A stretch of 63,688 bases of DNA, filler included, from Octopus bimaculoides (Eukaryota): the NCBI RefSeq assembly GCF_001194135.2. It is 11 parts of 9 records of this genome, joined end to end, with 100 filler letters (N's around TTAATTAATTAA, not from the genome) between each part and the next. Parts side by side here need not be neighbours in the genome. Positions count along the whole stretch, not along the records: positions 61,865 to 63,688 come from NW_026420288.1; 10 more parts are not named here. One strand, written 5' to 3'. Shown here one piece after another: positions 61,896 to 63,688 of the stretch (the first letter of the stretch is position 1; each line of letters starts with the position of its first letter). The notes under the pieces are model-generated. The model was not told where the DNA came from, ran no database searches, and worked only from the letters and a program-made list of their open reading frames with translations. The position numbers and the translations under genes were made by a program.

Positions 61896-63688
61896 TTGTA
61901 TATTTGTACATTTTTGTTTTCCGCCACTGGACTTTTAAAAAATTATTTATTTAAAAACCACCCCCCACGAGATATATATATATATATATGTATATGTATA
62001 TATATATGTGTGTGTGCATGGAAAGTTTATAAACTCGTTCGTTTATACATACACATTCGTAAGAAAAAAAGGAAAATAGTTGACGGAAACGTGATTTAAA
62101 AAACCTGTGACTATATATATATATATATACATACATATATGTATAATATATATACGTGTATATGGATTTTATTAGCGAAAAGTACGCAAACTTCATTTGA
62201 GAGAACGGACAAACGAATATATATATTGTATTATATATATGCTTTATATATATTTGTCACACATGGACTGCGGACTGTTTGTATATATCCTTTGCTTGTA
62301 TAGTTAATGGATGTTTTTCCCATTTTGCAAAGGTAGGAAGAGGTGATCCCTTCTCATCAAAACAAAGAGGGGAAAATAATCGAAAAGAATTTGGCCCCTG
62401 GAAAACTCATTTGGATTTATTCGCGAGCGAACCTCAAACCGCAATTCTATAAAAACCGGAAAAAGTTTCACGAAAAAAAACAAAACGTGGTTTAATCTTG
62501 TTGTATATTTTGTATTATATATTTTTGGTGCAACAACAACTACAAAAAAAAAAAACTAAAAAAAAACCCCAGAAAAAAACAGAATTAACTAAATTCTGGA
62601 CGGTAATATCAATTAATTTATAATAATATTAATTACAATTAACATTCATCATTATCTTTGACACAAGGACCATCAAATAAAAAATACACGCACCTTATCT
62701 AAAATTTTGAAATCAGCGGTAACTTATTACCCAACTACAACAACTATACATTTTAAATACCACCGAACCCCTTATATATATATATATACACTCGTGCATA
62801 CACACATATATATACTGTATATATATGTGCTTGATATTTTACTGAAGGAAAGAAAGAAAAATATATTTCTTATTTCACATATATACGCATATATTCACTT
62901 CAGCTTTGCGGACGTAAATTATAAATACACACACACACATATATATATTTAACTTGTCCATTTTATATTTAAATCGATCTATTTGGATTGGAGTTTATAC
63001 ACCCGCGGACGCAAAGGCACTCTCTCTCTATATATATATACATATATATAATTTATGTATATATATACACTGGCTCATTTAACATTTCACCGGGATATAT
63101 ATATATATGTACCAAAAACGAAAGGACTCGGAAAAGTTGTGAGTAAATTTTGAATGCGTGCAATTGCTTATGTATATATATATATATATACTATCTATAT
63201 ATTGATGCTTCGAAACACTGGATATTTATAAACAAACGAAGAAAAAGATATATATATATACATATACATACATGAATATATAATTAAATGTGCGAAAACG
63301 CACCACGCTAGGCAATTAAACTGAATTTTTTTACATACACACGTGTATATATTTATATTGAATTATATGTATATATATATATAATATATATGAACACACA
63401 GTCGTAAAGCTTACTCCATATTTATGTTCAATAGTAAATATATATATATATATATGTACATATACATACACACACATATATATATAAGTGTATACACTTG
63501 TAAATTAAGAGGCTGAAAAGTATTTTTTTTAGTATGTTTGTTCACTGCGGGATTCTTTCATGAGCTACCGCCTTCACCACCGCCGCTACTACTACTACTA
63601 CTAGTAGTAGTTGTACTACTACTAATACAACTACTGCCAACATTTCATAAACTACCACAGCTAACTTAACCACTGCCAACATCGAAAC

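Noticed and set aside
62334-62453. Possible terminal exon VGRGDPFSSKQ...TAIL*; similar short candidates at 18341-18470, 34269-34310 and 61189-61254
   Set aside because: Splice-like signals at this density are expected by chance in AT-rich DNA, and no homology is recognised.
1-63688. CRISPR arrays, rRNA, operons or prokaryotic defence systems
   Set aside because: There are no regularly spaced repeat-spacer arrays and no rRNA-like or gene-dense sequence; the window is eukaryotic repeat-rich DNA.

Overview
AT-rich, repeat-saturated animal genomic DNA from a fragmented draft assembly. The SINE families and microsatellite load point to an octopod cephalopod, probably Octopus; this is an inference from pattern recognition, not a database hit. 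There are several kb of N gaps. Ten of them are artificial 100-bp joins (44 N + TTAATTAATTAA + 44 N), so adjacency across them is not guaranteed. Most listed ORFs are translated microsatellites or N runs. The only convincing host coding sequence is a ~2.1-kb Cys-free Thr/Ser-rich mucin-type exon (53052-55127, +). A well-formed signal-peptide exon (45959-46016, +) may belong to the same gene. The rest is decayed mobile DNA: a full-length mariner, two DD37D (maT) elements, a pogo-type element, several R4/Dong-like restriction-endonuclease LINEs, L1/Tx1 and RTE fragments, a Penelope-like element with an internal inversion, Helitron/Helentron termini, foldback MITEs and at least four SINE-like families. 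The most interesting signals are (i) recurring hammerhead-ribozyme motifs, several enclosed by or inside inverted repeats, with the best copy at 44956-45071; (ii) a 148-bp element of perfect 23-bp inverted repeats around TTAGGG-like repeats; and (iii) a 116-bp locally templated inverted insertion inside a SINE. No rRNA, true tRNA or CRISPR was found. I cannot claim a new biological system from this window alone; the hairpin-enclosed hammerheads are the best lead.
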